From contig CBDIIB010000005.1 of assembly GCA_965279525.1 (NCBI GenBank), positions 1,216,001 to 1,280,000 of the forward strand: 64,000 nt of DNA, given 5' to 3'. This DNA comes from Tagaea sp. GTDB taxonomy: Bacteria; Pseudomonadota; Alphaproteobacteria; CACIAM-22H2. The notes below the pieces were generated by a model. It was not told the DNA's origin and ran no database searches. It worked only from the letters and a program-made list of their open reading frames with translations. Positions 41,724 to 52,468 of this stretch are shown piece after piece. The position numbers were made by a program, and so were the translations under genes. Numbering within the stretch: the stretch's first letter is position 1; each line of letters starts with the position of its first letter.

Positions 41724-42053
41724 GATAAAACCTTGTATTATCGGCGTGGCGCATCAGGCAACGCGGCCCCCGCGTCCGGATGCCAATAGTTCCACCTATT
41801 TAGTCGATTCAGGCATCCGTCGCAACCCACCCCGTCAACCCACTCGAATACATGGGGTTTTTGCAAATTGCGCGGGGTGACTGGCGTACCCCCCGTTCCG
41901 GGGCATGTGGCAATCGGGCCACACACCCGCTTCCAATTCCGGCAAAAGGCCGCATTCGGGTTGACCGTTCACGGGCCCATGGGCGAAAAACCTCGCGAGC
42001 GGGCGGATCACGACCGCGCGGCCGTAATCTGGCCTCAACATGGAGAAAAAAGT

Positions 42054-43292
42054 ATGAAGAAGCTTCTTCTCGCGACGACGGCGCTGGTCGCTGCGGCAAC
42101 GGCTCCGGCCTTTGCGCAGTCGCCGGCCCAGCCGTTCAGCTCGGCGAACTTCGCCGTGACTGTCGGCGGCTATGCGCGCCAGTTCGTCCAGTACACGGAC
42201 CAGAACAACGTTGCCGGCGCGATCCGCAGCAGCGGCGTCGACCAGGCCTCGGATAACCGCCTCATCCTGACCTTCCGTGCGGCCCTGCCGTCCGGCATGT
42301 CGGCCGGCGCGGTGTGGCAGATCAACCCGAACGCCAACACGGCGACGGGCAACTCGATCACCCGCCGTATGTGGAACTTCATCGAAGGCAGCTTCGGTCA
42401 GGTCCAGCTCGGCGGCGCCGAAAACGTGACCGCGCAGTCGGCAGTCGGCGGCTTCGAAGCCTTCACCGGCGGCATGATCAACGGTGATAACAACGCGGGC
42501 GCATTCGCGACCAACCGCGTTGGCGTCTCCGCCCAGTCGCCGCAGGCATCCAACCCGTCGACGGGCCAGGATATCGACGGCATTTCGAACAAGATCGTGT
42601 ACTACACGCCGCGCATCGAAGGCTTCCAGGCTGGCGTCAACTACACGCCGGAAATGTCGTACCGTCAGGGCCTCGCCACGATCAACACCCAGTACAACAA
42701 CGGCTGGGCCGGCACGGTCAACTTCGTCCGCACGTTCGGCGGCCTCGGCGTTCGCGCTGCCGTCGGCTACATGACGTTCGACAAGCCGTCGGGCTTCGGT
42801 CTCTCGGACGCCGTCAAGAACAGCCTGAAGGATCCTGCTTCGTGGAACGCCGGTCTCGGCTTCCAGATCGCCGGCTTCGACTTCGGCGGTTCGTACCAGA
42901 AGGTCGACAACTGGCGCGTGATCGCTCCGGGCACGACGACGACGGCTGCGGCCGCCCTCGCCGACGGCTTCCGGAACTTCAACGGCCACTCGTACGAACT
43001 CGGTGCGGGCTACGTGTTCGGCGCCGCCGCGGTGTCGGTCAACTACACCGCGTCGCGTAACGACCACTCGACCGTCACGAACGGTGTCGTCACGCAGCAG
43101 GCCAACGGCAAGGACAAGATGGACGCGTTCAGCGCTTCGGGCCGTTACACGCTTGCTCCGGGCGTCGCCGTGAACCTCGGCGTCTTCACCGTGAAGTACA
43201 AGGAAGGCGCTGGCACCAACGCCAACTTCTTCGGCACGGCTGACTCGTCGCGCGCCAATGGCGTGATCTCGGGTCTGACCCTCGCGTTCTGA
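42054..43292 (+). CDS. Outer-membrane porin (Porin_4 family)
   Basis: MKKLLLATTAL signal peptide, GSFGQVQLG, YYTPRIEGFQAG, Y.LAPG, C-terminal Phe; highly biased codons. Confidence 0.92.
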   Translation: MKKLLLATTALVAAATAPAFAQSPAQPFSSANFAVTVGGYARQFVQYTDQNNVAGAIRSSGVDQASDNRLILTFRAALPSGMSAGAVWQINPNANTATGNSITRRMWNFIEGSFGQVQLGGAENVTAQSAVGGFEAFTGGMINGDNNAGAFATNRVGVSAQSPQASNPSTGQDIDGISNKIVYYTPRIEGFQAGVNYTPEMSYRQGLATINTQYNNGWAGTVNFVRTFGGLGVRAAVGYMTFDKPSGFGLSDAVKNSLKDPASWNAGLGFQIAGFDFGGSYQKVDNWRVIAPGTTTTAAAALADGFRNFNGHSYELGAGYVFGAAAVSVNYTASRNDHSTVTNGVVTQQANGKDKMDAFSASGRYTLAPGVAVNLGVFTVKYKEGAGTNANFFGTADSSRANGVISGLTLAF

Positions 43293-43315
43293 TCGACCCA
43301 AATCGATCGGTGGGG

Positions 43316-43347
43316 AAAGGGGCAGCGCAAGCTGCCCCTTTTTCTTT
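43316..43347 (+). terminator. Rho-independent terminator of porin gene
   Basis: AAAGGGGCAGC-GCAA-GCTGCCCCTTT followed by a T-rich tract. Confidence 0.9.
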
Positions 43348-43393
43348 GGGGCCCCCTTTTCCTTTGGAGCCCGATGCTTTACTGGAAGCGGCC

Positions 43394-44053
43394 ATGATCG
43401 CCGCCCAGCTTGAATCCGTCCGCGCGCGCATCGACGATGCCGCCCGGCGTGCCGGCCGGCTTCCCGGCGCCGTCACACTCGTCGCAGTCGCGAAAACCTA
43501 TCCTGTCGAAGACGTCGAAGCGGCACTTGCCGCCGGCCAGCACGTGTTCGGCGAGAACCGCGTGCAGGAAGCCATGGCCAAGTACGCGCCGTTGCGCGCC
43601 GGCGGTGCCCGATTCGAACTGCACCTGATCGGCCCGCTGCAATCCAACAAGGTGCGCGAAGCCGTCGCCACGTTCGACGCGATCCAGACCCTCGACCGGC
43701 CCAAGCTCGCGGCAGCTCTTGCAGCCGAGTTCGCGCGCACCGAGCGGCGGCCGCGCCTTTTCGTCCAGGTCAATACGGGTGCCGAGCCGCAGAAGGCCGG
43801 GATCGCGCCTGAATCGGTCGACGCGTTCCTCGACGAGTGCCGCACGGCGCACAAGCTCGCCGTCGAAGGCGTGATGTGCATCCCGCCGGCCGACGAGCCG
43901 GCGGCCCCCCATTTCGCCCTGCTGCGCGAGATCGCGCGCCGGAACGGTCTTCCAGGCCTGTCGATGGGCATGAGCGGCGATTTCGAGACCGCGGTGGCGC
44001 TGGGCGCCACGCATGTGCGCGTGGGCAGCGCCATCTTCGGAAAACGTGTCTAG
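43394..44053 (+). CDS. yggS: PLP homeostasis protein
   Basis: LVAVAKT, FGENRVQE, IGPLQSNK, LSMGMSGD, VRVGSAIFG. Confidence 0.95.
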   Translation: MIAAQLESVRARIDDAARRAGRLPGAVTLVAVAKTYPVEDVEAALAAGQHVFGENRVQEAMAKYAPLRAGGARFELHLIGPLQSNKVREAVATFDAIQTLDRPKLAAALAAEFARTERRPRLFVQVNTGAEPQKAGIAPESVDAFLDECRTAHKLAVEGVMCIPPADEPAAPHFALLREIARRNGLPGLSMGMSGDFETAVALGATHVRVGSAIFGKRV

Positions 44054-44078
44054 AAGATCAGCGCGCCTAGAAGATCAG
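44050..44078. repeat. 12-bp direct repeat at convergent gene junction
   Basis: CTAGAAGATCAG at 44050-44061 and 44067-44078, separated by CGCGC. Confidence 0.85.
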
Positions 44079-45163
44079 ATCCCGCGCTTCGACGCTTCGT
44101 CGCGCTGGAGCTGGAGCTGGCGGTAGCGCTCGAGGCCCAACGCCATCGACGCGCTGAAGAACGTCTGCGCGGACTCGCCGGAACTGTCGTAGGCCTCCTG
44201 CGCCTGCAGGGCGGCCGGCAGCGCGTTCGTCGGGGCCTGGCTCCGGTACGTCGCAAGCGCGCGCGCGGCTTCCGCGCGGCGGCCAAGTCCAAGCGTGTCG
44301 TTGACGGCCGGCGAGCGCGTGGACGCATCCATGACCGTGTGCGCCCGCGCCCGATACGAGTCGAGCGGCATGGCACGCATCTCGCCAGATGCCGCGGCGA
44401 CTTGTGCAACTGGGGCGGCAACTGGGGCGGCGACCGGGGCGGCCGCCGGCAGCGGGGCAGGCGTGGCGACTGGCGCTGCGGCAATGGGTGTCGCGATGGG
44501 CGGCATCGCGGCGGAGAGAAACGCGGCAGATGCCGGGATGGCGCCTGCCGTCTGGACAGGCCGGGCGGTCGACGGATCGAGCCACGCCAGCCGCATGTCG
44601 GGATCCTGCGTCGGGCGTGCGGGCTGCGGCGTGTCGGTTCCGGGCGAAGCACCAGCCGCGATCCAGGTCGTCAGCAGGCCCTGGCGTTCGAGAGATCCGC
44701 CTTGCGCGCCGCCGGCTCCGAAAGAAGCGAAATGAAGTTCGCCCGAGTTTGCCGGCGAAAGCGGATCGCCGCCCATCGACGGGACCGACGGGGGCGGGAC
44801 CGGCGCGTTCGTCCCGGGCGACACCATCGCGATCACATGTTCGCCGACATCCTTGCCGCTGATCCCTTCGACGATCGAATTGACGACGGCACTCGCCGCA
44901 CCGAACAACCCGCCGAACAGCAGGCCGCCGACCACGCGCGCGGCCGGCTCGATGGTCGCGCCGGTCACCGAGCGGTAGACCGAGCCGATGACGGGCAGAT
45001 GCTGGAGCGGGTTGAACGCCTCGAGAATGTCGCCGAAGCCGAGCGGCTTGGCGTCGAGATTGACGTACTCGTCCGGCGCGTCCGGATTCCAGGTCTTGAG
45101 CGGACTGGGCCGGATCTCGAAGCGCGGGCCTGCCGCTGGCGTTGAGTTGATCGAATCGCTCAT
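44075..45163 (-). CDS. Hypothetical protein with conserved-looking FGD..NPLQHLP..YR.TG..I/glycine-zipper segment and low-complexity linker
   Basis: LGFGDILEAFNPLQHLPVIGSVYRSVTGATIEPAARVVGGLLFGG; C-terminal M..GLERY helix. Confidence 0.78.
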   Translation of the reverse strand: MSDSINSTPAAGPRFEIRPSPLKTWNPDAPDEYVNLDAKPLGFGDILEAFNPLQHLPVIGSVYRSVTGATIEPAARVVGGLLFGGLFGAASAVVNSIVEGISGKDVGEHVIAMVSPGTNAPVPPPSVPSMGGDPLSPANSGELHFASFGAGGAQGGSLERQGLLTTWIAAGASPGTDTPQPARPTQDPDMRLAWLDPSTARPVQTAGAIPASAAFLSAAMPPIATPIAAAPVATPAPLPAAAPVAAPVAAPVAQVAAASGEMRAMPLDSYRARAHTVMDASTRSPAVNDTLGLGRRAEAARALATYRSQAPTNALPAALQAQEAYDSSGESAQTFFSASMALGLERYRQLQLQRDEASKRGI

Positions 45164-45175
45164 CGCGACAGGCGA

Positions 45176-45270
45176 TGCAAGCGCCAATCCAAGTCATATC
45201 TGTTTTAAATCAATAGCTTAGTTCGACAAAATCCGGCAGCCCGGCAGATTCTGCCGACGCACTTTTGCCG
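45176..45270 (-). promoter_or_regulatory. sigma54 promoter with IHF site and ftr-like enhancer
   Basis: - strand TGGATTGGCGCTTGCA (GG-N10-GC) 45176-45191; IHF AATCAATAGCTTA 45208-45220; CGGCAG-ATT-CTGCCG 45242-45256. Confidence 0.72.
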
Positions 45271-45278
45271 TCCGGCCG

Positions 45279-45953
45279 CTAACGGCCCTGCTGGTTCGAG
45301 CCGGCGCCGTGGTTGGGATCGACAAAGGCGAAGCGGGCCGGGTCGATCGGCTGCCCGACCTTGGGGTCGAGCAGCGTCAGGCGCGTCGTCTGGCCCTGGG
45401 AATCGACGAACGACCAGCTGGCCAGCGCGAAGGGCCGTTCGCTGAAGGCAAGGACGAGGCGGCCGGCGCGCGGATCGTCGGCCTGGACGAGGGCAATGCG
45501 CAACACCGCCGGACCGCGTTCGATCGCGACGACGCGCACGTCGCCCGACAGCTGGATGCGCTCGCGCACCAGCAATCCCGCCGGCGTCGAGTTGATGGGC
45601 AGGTAGGCGATCGTCTTCAGGTGCCGGTCGATATGGACGAATGCGCGGCCGTCGGACACGAGCAGGTTGGGATTTGGCGCGTCGTAATCGAGCCGGAGCT
45701 TGCCCGGCCGCGACAAAAAGAACCCGCCCTCGGCGACCGACCCGTCGGGGCCGATCTGCAGGAAGCGCGCTTCGAGCGTGCGGATCGAATCGAGATAGCC
45801 TTCCGCGCGCGCGATGTCGGCGCTGTCGGCGGCCGCAGGCGCCCCGCCGCTTTGCGCGCGTGCGGGACCCTGCGCTACAACGAATGGCGCTACGACGAAC
45901 GCGAGAGCGCCGCCAAGCAGGCTGCGGCGCGTGATATTTCGAAACGGACCCAT
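45279..45953 (-). CDS. lolA: Outer-membrane lipoprotein carrier LolA-like
   Basis: ARFLQIGPDG, RPGKLRLDY, LLVSDG, STPAGLL. Confidence 0.85.
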   Translation of the reverse strand: MGPFRNITRRSLLGGALAFVVAPFVVAQGPARAQSGGAPAAADSADIARAEGYLDSIRTLEARFLQIGPDGSVAEGGFFLSRPGKLRLDYDAPNPNLLVSDGRAFVHIDRHLKTIAYLPINSTPAGLLVRERIQLSGDVRVVAIERGPAVLRIALVQADDPRAGRLVLAFSERPFALASWSFVDSQGQTTRLTLLDPKVGQPIDPARFAFVDPNHGAGSNQQGR

Positions 45954-46003
45954 CGGCGTTGTATTGCCGCAGAAATGGGGCTTGAACAAGGCGGAAGCGA
46001 ACG

Positions 46004-46861
46004 ATGCACAGACCCTATGCGTATCCTGACGACCAGGCCGCCCTCGACGCGCTGTTCAACAACCGCGCGCGCTGGCCGGATTTCGGCACCACCGTCGCGG
46101 GCTGGGTGCGGGCGGGCGAGGCGGCGCTGGCCCGGCCGGGCTGGCATCTCGATCTGCCATACGGACCCGGGCCCAAGCAGACGCTCGACCTGCTGGTGCC
46201 CGCGCGCAAGGGGGCTGCACGGGCCCCGTTGTTCGTCTTCATCCATGGCGGCTACTGGCAGTCGCTCGACAAGAGCGACGTGCGCGGCCTTGCACCCGCC
46301 TTCGCCGCGCGCGGCATCGCCTACGCCACGCTCAACTATTCATTGTGCCCGGACGTGAGCGTCGAGGCGATCGTCCGCCAGATCCGCGCCGCGTACGATT
46401 TCCTGTGGCGCGAGGCGCCACGGCTGGGCTGCGATCCAGCACGCATCCATGTCGGCGGCCATTCCGCCGGCGGCCATCTCGCGACGATGCTGTGCACGAT
46501 GGACGATCTGCCGGTGTGGCCCGCAGGATGCTTCTCCGTGTCGGGCGTCTACGATCTCGATCCGTTGCGCCGCAGCTACCAGCAGCCCGTGCTGCGCCTG
46601 ACGGCACGCGAGGTCGCACTTTATTCGCCGCTCGCACTTCGACCGCAGCCCTGCACCCGTCTGCAGGTCACCGTCGGCGGCGACGAACTGGGCGCCTTCA
46701 TCGGCCAGCAGGCCGATCTGGTGCACGCCTGGCGCAGGGCAGGGGCCGCAGTCACGGTCGTTCCGGCCCCCGGCCTCAATCATTTCACCATCGTCGACAA
46801 GGTTGCCGACTTCACGCATCCGGTCGGCAAGGCGGCACTGGCGACGATCCAAAGCGTTTGA
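46004..46861 (+). CDS. Alpha/beta hydrolase (arylformamidase-like)
   Basis: FIHGGYWQ, GHSAGGHL, SGVYDL, NHF. Confidence 0.88.
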   Translation: MHRPYAYPDDQAALDALFNNRARWPDFGTTVAGWVRAGEAALARPGWHLDLPYGPGPKQTLDLLVPARKGAARAPLFVFIHGGYWQSLDKSDVRGLAPAFAARGIAYATLNYSLCPDVSVEAIVRQIRAAYDFLWREAPRLGCDPARIHVGGHSAGGHLATMLCTMDDLPVWPAGCFSVSGVYDLDPLRRSYQQPVLRLTAREVALYSPLALRPQPCTRLQVTVGGDELGAFIGQQADLVHAWRRAGAAVTVVPAPGLNHFTIVDKVADFTHPVGKAALATIQSV

Positions 46862-47013
46862 TGCCAGGCTGACGTCCGGCTGTAACCCGACGGCAACACA
46901 GACCTTGAAACAAGGTTACAGAAACCCGAAACGGAACCTTTCCGGTCGATTCGCATGCCATCTGGAACATGGCTTGCTGGTGGATATGCAAACTTGGCAA
47001 AACGAGGGTCAAA

Positions 47014-47889
47014 ATGCTTCAAGTGTCTAGGATTTCGACATATTTCGGTGCAATTGTCGCAGTTTTCGGCATCGCCGCCGTCAGCGCGCCGGCACAGGCG
47101 CAGATTGAAACTTCGGTCGGGACGTTCGCGCCGTCGGTGACGATCACGAGCAACTACATCTTCCGCGGCATTTCGCAGTCGCGCAAGGATCCGGCCATCC
47201 AGGCGAATCTCGAATACACCTACGAGATCGGCGCCTTCACGCCTTATGCCGGCATGTTCGCCTCGACGACCAAGTTCCCGTCGAACAACACCCCGGCCGG
47301 CACGGTCGACATCCGCCAGCCGCGCGAACTCGACTTCTTCGGCGGCGTGCGCTGGAAGACCCCGCTCTCCGGCCTCTCGGTCGATCTCGGGTTCATCAGC
47401 TACACCTATCCGGGCAACACGGCTGACCAGAACATCGGTGCCGGCCCGAACACCTACGGCAACCCGCAATGGAACGAACTCTACGGCAAGGCCGCCTTCG
47501 ATTTCGGCCTCGCGACGGCCGTCGGCTCGGTCTACTACGCCAAGGACTTCTCCTACGGCTCGGGCAAGGCCATGTACTACGAAGGCGGCTTCGACGTGCC
47601 GCTGCCGTTGTCGATCCTCGGCTCGGCGCGCCTCGGCCGCCAGACGATCGAACGCAACGCCAGCTGGGGCACGCCGGATTACACGACGTGGAACGTGGGC
47701 GTCGCCCGCGACATGGAGTGGCCGTTCGCCTTCACGGCGTCGCTGGTCTACTCGGACACCAACATCAAGCGCGGTTCCTCGCTCGGGATCGACAACGTGG
47801 CGGTGCCGAACGCGAATGTGAACCTCGGCTCCGACACGTATGAGCAGACCAAGGGCCAGGTCTCGCTTTCGCTGACGAAGAAGTTCTAA
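47014..47889 (+). CDS. TorF/TIGR02001-family outer-membrane beta-barrel
   Basis: Signal peptide; SNYIFRGISQ...PAIQ, ELDFFGG, YTYPG, YSDT; C-terminal Phe. Confidence 0.88.
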   Translation: MLQVSRISTYFGAIVAVFGIAAVSAPAQAQIETSVGTFAPSVTITSNYIFRGISQSRKDPAIQANLEYTYEIGAFTPYAGMFASTTKFPSNNTPAGTVDIRQPRELDFFGGVRWKTPLSGLSVDLGFISYTYPGNTADQNIGAGPNTYGNPQWNELYGKAAFDFGLATAVGSVYYAKDFSYGSGKAMYYEGGFDVPLPLSILGSARLGRQTIERNASWGTPDYTTWNVGVARDMEWPFAFTASLVYSDTNIKRGSSLGIDNVAVPNANVNLGSDTYEQTKGQVSLSLTKKF

Positions 47890-47908
47890 AGCCTCGGCTT
47901 TTCAACGG

Positions 47909-47948
47909 ATGGGCCGCCGGGTTCCGCCCGGCGGCCCATTTTGTTTTC
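47909..47948 (+). terminator. Rho-independent terminator
   Basis: ATGGGCCGCCGGG-TTCCG-CCCGGCGGCCCAT followed by TTTGTTTT. Confidence 0.9.
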
Positions 47949-47978
47949 TGACCCCGAATTGCTAGACTCGGGCCCGCG

Positions 47979-48640
47979 ATGAGCGGTATCCGAGTCCTCC
48001 TTCTGGCCGATGCGGCCCTGGGTCCTGTCCTTGGCGAAGCGCTGCGCGCGCACGGTTTCCGCGTCGAGGTGACGGCGGCGGCCGATGCGGCCCTGGTCCT
48101 TGCCGGGGGCATCGGATTCGACGTGGCGGTCGTCGACCGGGGCGTGCTGGGCAAACGGGCGTCTGCCGTCATCGCGCGTATGCGCAAGGTCATGTCGGCC
48201 CCGCTGTGCCTGCTGGTCGCGGGCCGGATCGCCGCCGCCCCGGCCGCCGACACCGTGCTTGCGAAACCCGTCCGGATCCCTGTCCTGGCCGCTGCCGTAC
48301 GCGAACTTGCCGGCGGCCAGCGCCGCCCGCGAATCGGCGGATTCGAGTTCCGGGCCGCCGGCCGCGTGCTCCACGACCCGAAAAACCGCAATGAAATCCG
48401 CCTGACCGAGACCGAAACGGGCCTCCTCGACAGGCTCCACAAGGCCGGGGGCAAGCCGCTTGCGCGGGAAGACTTGCTCCGGGCAGTCTGGGGATATAAT
48501 TCGAAGGTATCGACACGCACGCTGGAGACGCACGTCTACCGCCTGCGCCAGAAGATCGAGCGCGATCCGGCCCGCGCCCGCCTGTTGCTGACGGTGCAGG
48601 GAGGATATCGCTTGGTGCTGCGTGAAAAGGACAAGTCCCG

Positions 48641-48644
<4 letters not shown>
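47979..48644 (+). CDS. OmpR-family regulator, CenR/OtpR-like DNA-binding domain, degenerate receiver
   Basis: IRLTETE, VWGYNSKVSTRTLETHVYRLRQKIERDP...GGYRL. Confidence 0.85.
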
Positions 48645-49470
<826 letters not shown>

Positions 49471-49474
<4 letters not shown>

Positions 49475-50295
49475 GTGCCCTGCGCCGTCTGCTGTTCGAG
49501 GCCGCCACGCTTTTCGGCCAGGCGCGCGGCTTCTTCATTCCCTACCGCCATGCCGCCGGCGTGCGCCCCCCGCCTGCATATCCCGCACTTGCCCGCCGGT
49601 TCGAGGCGGCGCGCGCGACGTTCCTGGGCGGCCTCGACGCGATCGCGGCACACCGCGCCACGCTGCTTTCCTTTGCCGACGTGCCGCCGCCGGCACCGCG
49701 CTGGACGCAAGACTGGTTCCCCGGGCTCGACGCGGCATTCGCCTATGCGCTCGTGCGCGACCGCAAGCCCGGACGAATAATCGAGATCGGTTCGGGCCAT
49801 TCGACCCGCTTCATGGCGCGCGCCGTCGCCGACGGAAAACTCGCGACGCAGATCACCTGCATCGATCCCGATCCGCGTGCCTCGCTCGACGGGCTTGGCG
49901 TCACATGGCATCGCCACCGGCTCGAGGAAACCGAATGCGCGCTCGACACGCTGGTCGCCGGCGACGTGCTGTTCGTCGATTCCTCGCACATCCTGATGCC
50001 CGGCACGGATGTCGATCACGTGCTCGCGCGCGTGCTCCCCGTGCTGCCGGCGGGCGCACTCGTGCATTTCCACGACATCTTCCTGCCCGAACCCTATCCG
50101 GCGGCGTGGGCCTGGCGCGGCTACAACGAACAGAACGCGGTCGCGGGCCTGCTCGCCGGCAGCGCCTTCGATCTCGTCTGGGGATCGGCGTGGATCCGGC
50201 ACAACATGGGCAGCGAGATCGCCGCGCGCGGCCTCGACGCGATCCCGATGCCGGCGGGCGCACTTCCCGCCAGCCTGTGGCTGGTCAAAAGCTGA
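49471..50295 (+). CDS. Class I SAM-dependent methyltransferase (Methyltransf_24-like)
   Basis: WFPGLDAA, IEIGSGHST, FVDSSH, HFHDIFLP, YNEQ. Confidence 0.85.
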
Positions 50296-51450
50296 CTACT
50301 TGTAGGGATCGGCCGCGTCGCGCAGCCCGTCGCCGAGGAAATTGAACGCCAGCACCGTCGCGATCACCGCGAAGACCGGCAGCAGCAGCCACGGATAGAG
50401 CGCCACGACATTGATGTTCTGCGCCTCGGTCAGCAGCACGCCCCACGACGTGATCGGCGGGCGCAGGCCAAGGCCCAAGAAGGACAGCGCCGTCTCGCCC
50501 AGGATCATCGTCGGGATCGCGAGTGTGGCCGACGCGATCAGGTGGCTCATGAAGCTGGGCACCAGATGGCGGAAGATGATGCGCCGGGGCTTGGCGCCCA
50601 TCAGGTTGGCGGCCGTGCAGAAATCCTCTTCGCGCAAGGACAAAAGCTTCGAGCGCACCGCGCGCCCCAGCCCCGTCCATCCGATGAGGCCCAGGATCAG
50701 CGTGATGCCGAAATAGATGTAGAGCGGGCTCCACGACACCGGCAGCGAGGCCGACAGCGCCATCCACAGCGGCAGTTCGGGGAACGAGCGGATGATCTCG
50801 ATCACGCGCTGGATCACCATGTCGACCCAGCCGCCATAATAGCCGGCAAGCCCGCCCAGCACGATGCCGAGCACGAACTTGATCGTCACGCCGATCAGGC
50901 CGATCGTGAGCGATATCCGTGTCCCGTAGGCAAGCCGGCTGAACATGTCGCGCCCCAGCCGGTCGGTGCCGAGCAGGAACAGCGTGCCGCCCTCGGCCGG
51001 GCAGACGATATGCACGCTGCCTTCGACCATGCCCATCCACTCGTAGCCGTCGCCGCGGCAGAAGAAGCGGATCGGCTGGACCTTGTCTGGATTCGGCACG
51101 TAGTTGCGCTTGAGCGTGTCCATGTCGAGCGAGTAGTCGAGCCCGTAGACGAACGGGCCGACGAACCGCCCGTCGTGCCACAGATGCACGGCCTGCGGCG
51201 GCGCATAGATGAAATCGGTGTTGCGCGTGCCGATGGCGTAGGGTGCAATCATCTCGCTGATCAGGATCGACGCGTACATCACGAGCAGGAAAACGCCCGA
51301 CCAGACCGCGAGCTTGTGGCGCTTCAGCTTCCACCACATCAGCTTCCACTGCGTGGCCATGTAGTAGCTTTCGAGCGCCGGGTCCGTCTTCTCGCCGTCA
51401 TAGGCGTCGAACGGCTCGCGGCGCACGTAGTGGGGCAGGGTGTCGCTCAT
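50296..51450 (-). CDS. ABC transporter permease (DppC/OppC type)
   Basis: LLGTDRLGRD, GETALSFLGLG, GDGLRDAADPY. Confidence 0.92.
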   Translation of the reverse strand: MSDTLPHYVRREPFDAYDGEKTDPALESYYMATQWKLMWWKLKRHKLAVWSGVFLLVMYASILISEMIAPYAIGTRNTDFIYAPPQAVHLWHDGRFVGPFVYGLDYSLDMDTLKRNYVPNPDKVQPIRFFCRGDGYEWMGMVEGSVHIVCPAEGGTLFLLGTDRLGRDMFSRLAYGTRISLTIGLIGVTIKFVLGIVLGGLAGYYGGWVDMVIQRVIEIIRSFPELPLWMALSASLPVSWSPLYIYFGITLILGLIGWTGLGRAVRSKLLSLREEDFCTAANLMGAKPRRIIFRHLVPSFMSHLIASATLAIPTMILGETALSFLGLGLRPPITSWGVLLTEAQNINVVALYPWLLLPVFAVIATVLAFNFLGDGLRDAADPYK

Positions 51451-52445
51451 TTCGTGGCCCCGCCATGCAGCCGGATGCGCGGATCGAGTGCGGCAAGCGC
51501 CAGATCCGACAGGAACACGCCCACGACGATCAGCACCGCCTCGATCATCAGGAACGAGCCGGCGAGATACATGTCCTGGCTGCGCAATGCTGCCAGCAGC
51601 ATCGGCCCGTTGGTCGGCAGCGACATGACGACCGACACGATGGCCGCACCCGAGATCATGTGCGGCAGCAGGTCGCCGATGTCGGAGATAAAGGGGTTGA
51701 GCGACATGCGCAGCGGATACTTGAGGAGTGCGCGGCGCGGCGGCAGGCCCTTGGCGCGCGCGGTCGTCACGTACTGCTTCTGCAACTCGTCGAGCAGGTT
51801 GGCGCGCAGCCGGCGGATCATCGCGGCCGTGCCCGACGTGCCGATGACGATGACCGGGATCCACAGATGCTCGAGCACCGACACGAACTTGCCCCAGCTC
51901 ATCGGCTGGTCGATGTATTCCGGGTCCATCAGGCCGCCGATCGATGTGCCGAACCAGATGTTCGCGAGATAGAGCATCACGAGCGCCAGCAGGAACGACG
52001 GCGTGGCGAGGCCGAGGAAACCGACCAGCGTGAGCCCGTAGTCGCCCCACGAATACTGGTGCGTGGCCGAGTAGATCCCGATCGGGAATGCGACCGCGTA
52101 GGTGAAGAGCACGGTCACGAACGCGACGAGGAACGACAGCAGCAGCCGGTCGCCGATGACGTGCGCGACGGGCAGGTTGTACTCGAACGACCAGCCGAGG
52201 TCGCCGTGCAGCATGCCGAAGAGCCAGTGGAAATACTGTTCGACCGGCGAGCGGTCGAGCCCGTACTGCTGGCGCAGGAACTCGATGCGCTCGAGATTCG
52301 CCGCTTCGCCCTGCGACTGCAGCTCGGCGATCAGCGTCGAGAGATAGTCGCCCGGCGGCAGCTGGATGATCGTGAACACGATGGCGCTGATGGCCAGCAG
52401 CGTTGGCACCATCACGAGGATTCGGCGGACGAGGTAGGCGAACAT
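51447..52445 (-). CDS. ABC transporter permease (DppB/OppB type)
   Basis: IQLPPGDY, GDLGWS, TARAKGL, LDPRIR. Confidence 0.92.
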   Translation of the reverse strand: MFAYLVRRILVMVPTLLAISAIVFTIIQLPPGDYLSTLIAELQSQGEAANLERIEFLRQQYGLDRSPVEQYFHWLFGMLHGDLGWSFEYNLPVAHVIGDRLLLSFLVAFVTVLFTYAVAFPIGIYSATHQYSWGDYGLTLVGFLGLATPSFLLALVMLYLANIWFGTSIGGLMDPEYIDQPMSWGKFVSVLEHLWIPVIVIGTSGTAAMIRRLRANLLDELQKQYVTTARAKGLPPRRALLKYPLRMSLNPFISDIGDLLPHMISGAAIVSVVMSLPTNGPMLLAALRSQDMYLAGSFLMIEAVLIVVGVFLSDLALAALDPRIRLHGGATK

Positions 52446-52468
52446 GCTGTGACCTGTCTACGCCTTCC

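Noticed and set aside
44395-44480. 12-bp tandem units GCAACTGGGGCG
   Set aside because: Encode a PVAA low-complexity linker; no spacers, not CRISPR-like
45872-45903. Imperfect 15-bp duplication GCGCTAC.ACGAA
   Set aside because: Encodes AFVVAPFVVA in the LolA signal peptide
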